Source: an uncultured bacterium
GTDB taxonomy: Bacteria; Abyssobacteria; SURF-5
Direction: 5' to 3'
Length of the DNA: 16,594 nt
Assembly: GCA_964607485.1 (NCBI GenBank)
Contig: CAZSKP010000063.1
Location: 1 to 16,594, forward strand
In this document: positions 15,980-16,594 of the stretch, piece by piece
Numbering within the stretch: position 1 is the first letter of the stretch
How the letters are laid out: each line of letters begins with the position of its first letter
Made by a program: the position numbers and the translations under genes
Notes under the pieces: generated by a model
The model's input: only the letters and a program-made list of their open reading frames with translations
Told to the model about the DNA's origin: nothing
Database searches by the model: none

Positions 15980-16594
15980 AGAGAACGCGTTTCCTCGCCG
16001 GTTGCGTCCTGCGACTCAAACCGGTAGATGACGACGGAATCGTTCCGAAAGGCGCTCTTCAAGAAGCGCGCCTGGCTCGGGTCGAACCCGCCGAGAACCC
16101 GTTCCTCCTGGCCGTAATAGATAACGCCAATGTCGTTTTGATTCAGAAAATCGTACCGCTCGGACGGGGACGTCTTTTCGGAAAAGAACGTCTTTGCTCG
16201 CGCCAGGCGCGAATCGTGAGAAGGGAGGTCATACACCCCCAGCCACGAATGTTTGTGCGTCAGCCTCGGCACGTAATTGCCGATCCAATCGCCCGAGAGC
16301 ACGACCTCTTCTCCCGGCGTGTCCCGAACAAAGCGGAGCGCGTCAACCTCGTCGCGCGTCAGACAGAACGCTTCCGGATGGTTCCTCAAGCGCGACACGC
16401 GCTCGAATATATTACAGAAGGTGCTCGGAAATGTAAAGACAACCATGCCGGCCACGACCAGCATGCCCACGGCTCGTTTCGAGGACCGGCCCGGACTCTG
16501 CCAGTCGAGCCCGAGCGAGGGCAGAACCGTGCTGAAGATGGCGCGAGAGGACAATACTACGAGCGGCACTTGAAGTCCAAGCACAACGCGGGCC
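15976..16594 (-). CDS. C-terminal part of a membrane protein (5'-truncated), possibly GT-C-like
   Basis: The frame is open to the window edge. Hydrophobic segments are followed by a soluble tail (VVLSGDWIGNYVP...FLNQNDIGVIYYG...FRNDSVVIY). Its stop overlaps the DegT ATG by 4 nt. Confidence 0.7.
   Translation of the reverse strand, partial: ARVVLGLQVPLVVLSSRAIFSTVLPSLGLDWQSPGRSSKRAVGMLVVAGMVVFTFPSTFCNIFERVSRLRNHPEAFCLTRDEVDALRFVRDTPGEEVVLSGDWIGNYVPRLTHKHSWLGVYDLPSHDSRLARAKTFFSEKTSPSERYDFLNQNDIGVIYYGQEERVLGGFDPSQARFLKSAFRNDSVVIYRFESQDATGEETRSL

Noticed and set aside
1..16594. CRISPR arrays, tRNA/rRNA, transposases, integrases and phage genes
   Set aside because: I saw no spaced repeats, RNA gene signatures or recombinase motifs, and the intergenic gaps are short and otherwise explained.

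Overview
GC-rich (about 60% by eye) bacterial chromosomal segment holding 13 densely packed CDSs, two of them truncated by the window edges. I see no RNA genes, CRISPR arrays or mobile elements. Most genes point to cell-envelope glycosylation: two convergent, overlapping YfhO-like (GT-C fold) membrane proteins, a DPM1-like GT2 directly upstream of a PilD-type prepilin peptidase, a perosamine-synthase-like DegT aminotransferase, a GNAT acyltransferase, a class I methyltransferase and a truncated membrane protein. Interspersed are a DUF62 SAM hydrolase carrying a lipoprotein signal, an ADP-ribosylglycohydrolase, a GH2 beta-mannosidase-like enzyme and an acyl-CoA ligase. Three divergent sigma70-type promoter pairs are readable; two of them correct starts given in the ORF track. 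The leading hypothesis (inference) is a lipid-carrier-dependent system that transfers an N-acylated amino sugar to a surface target, possibly pilins. The genes occupy several transcription units, so their functional linkage is unproven.
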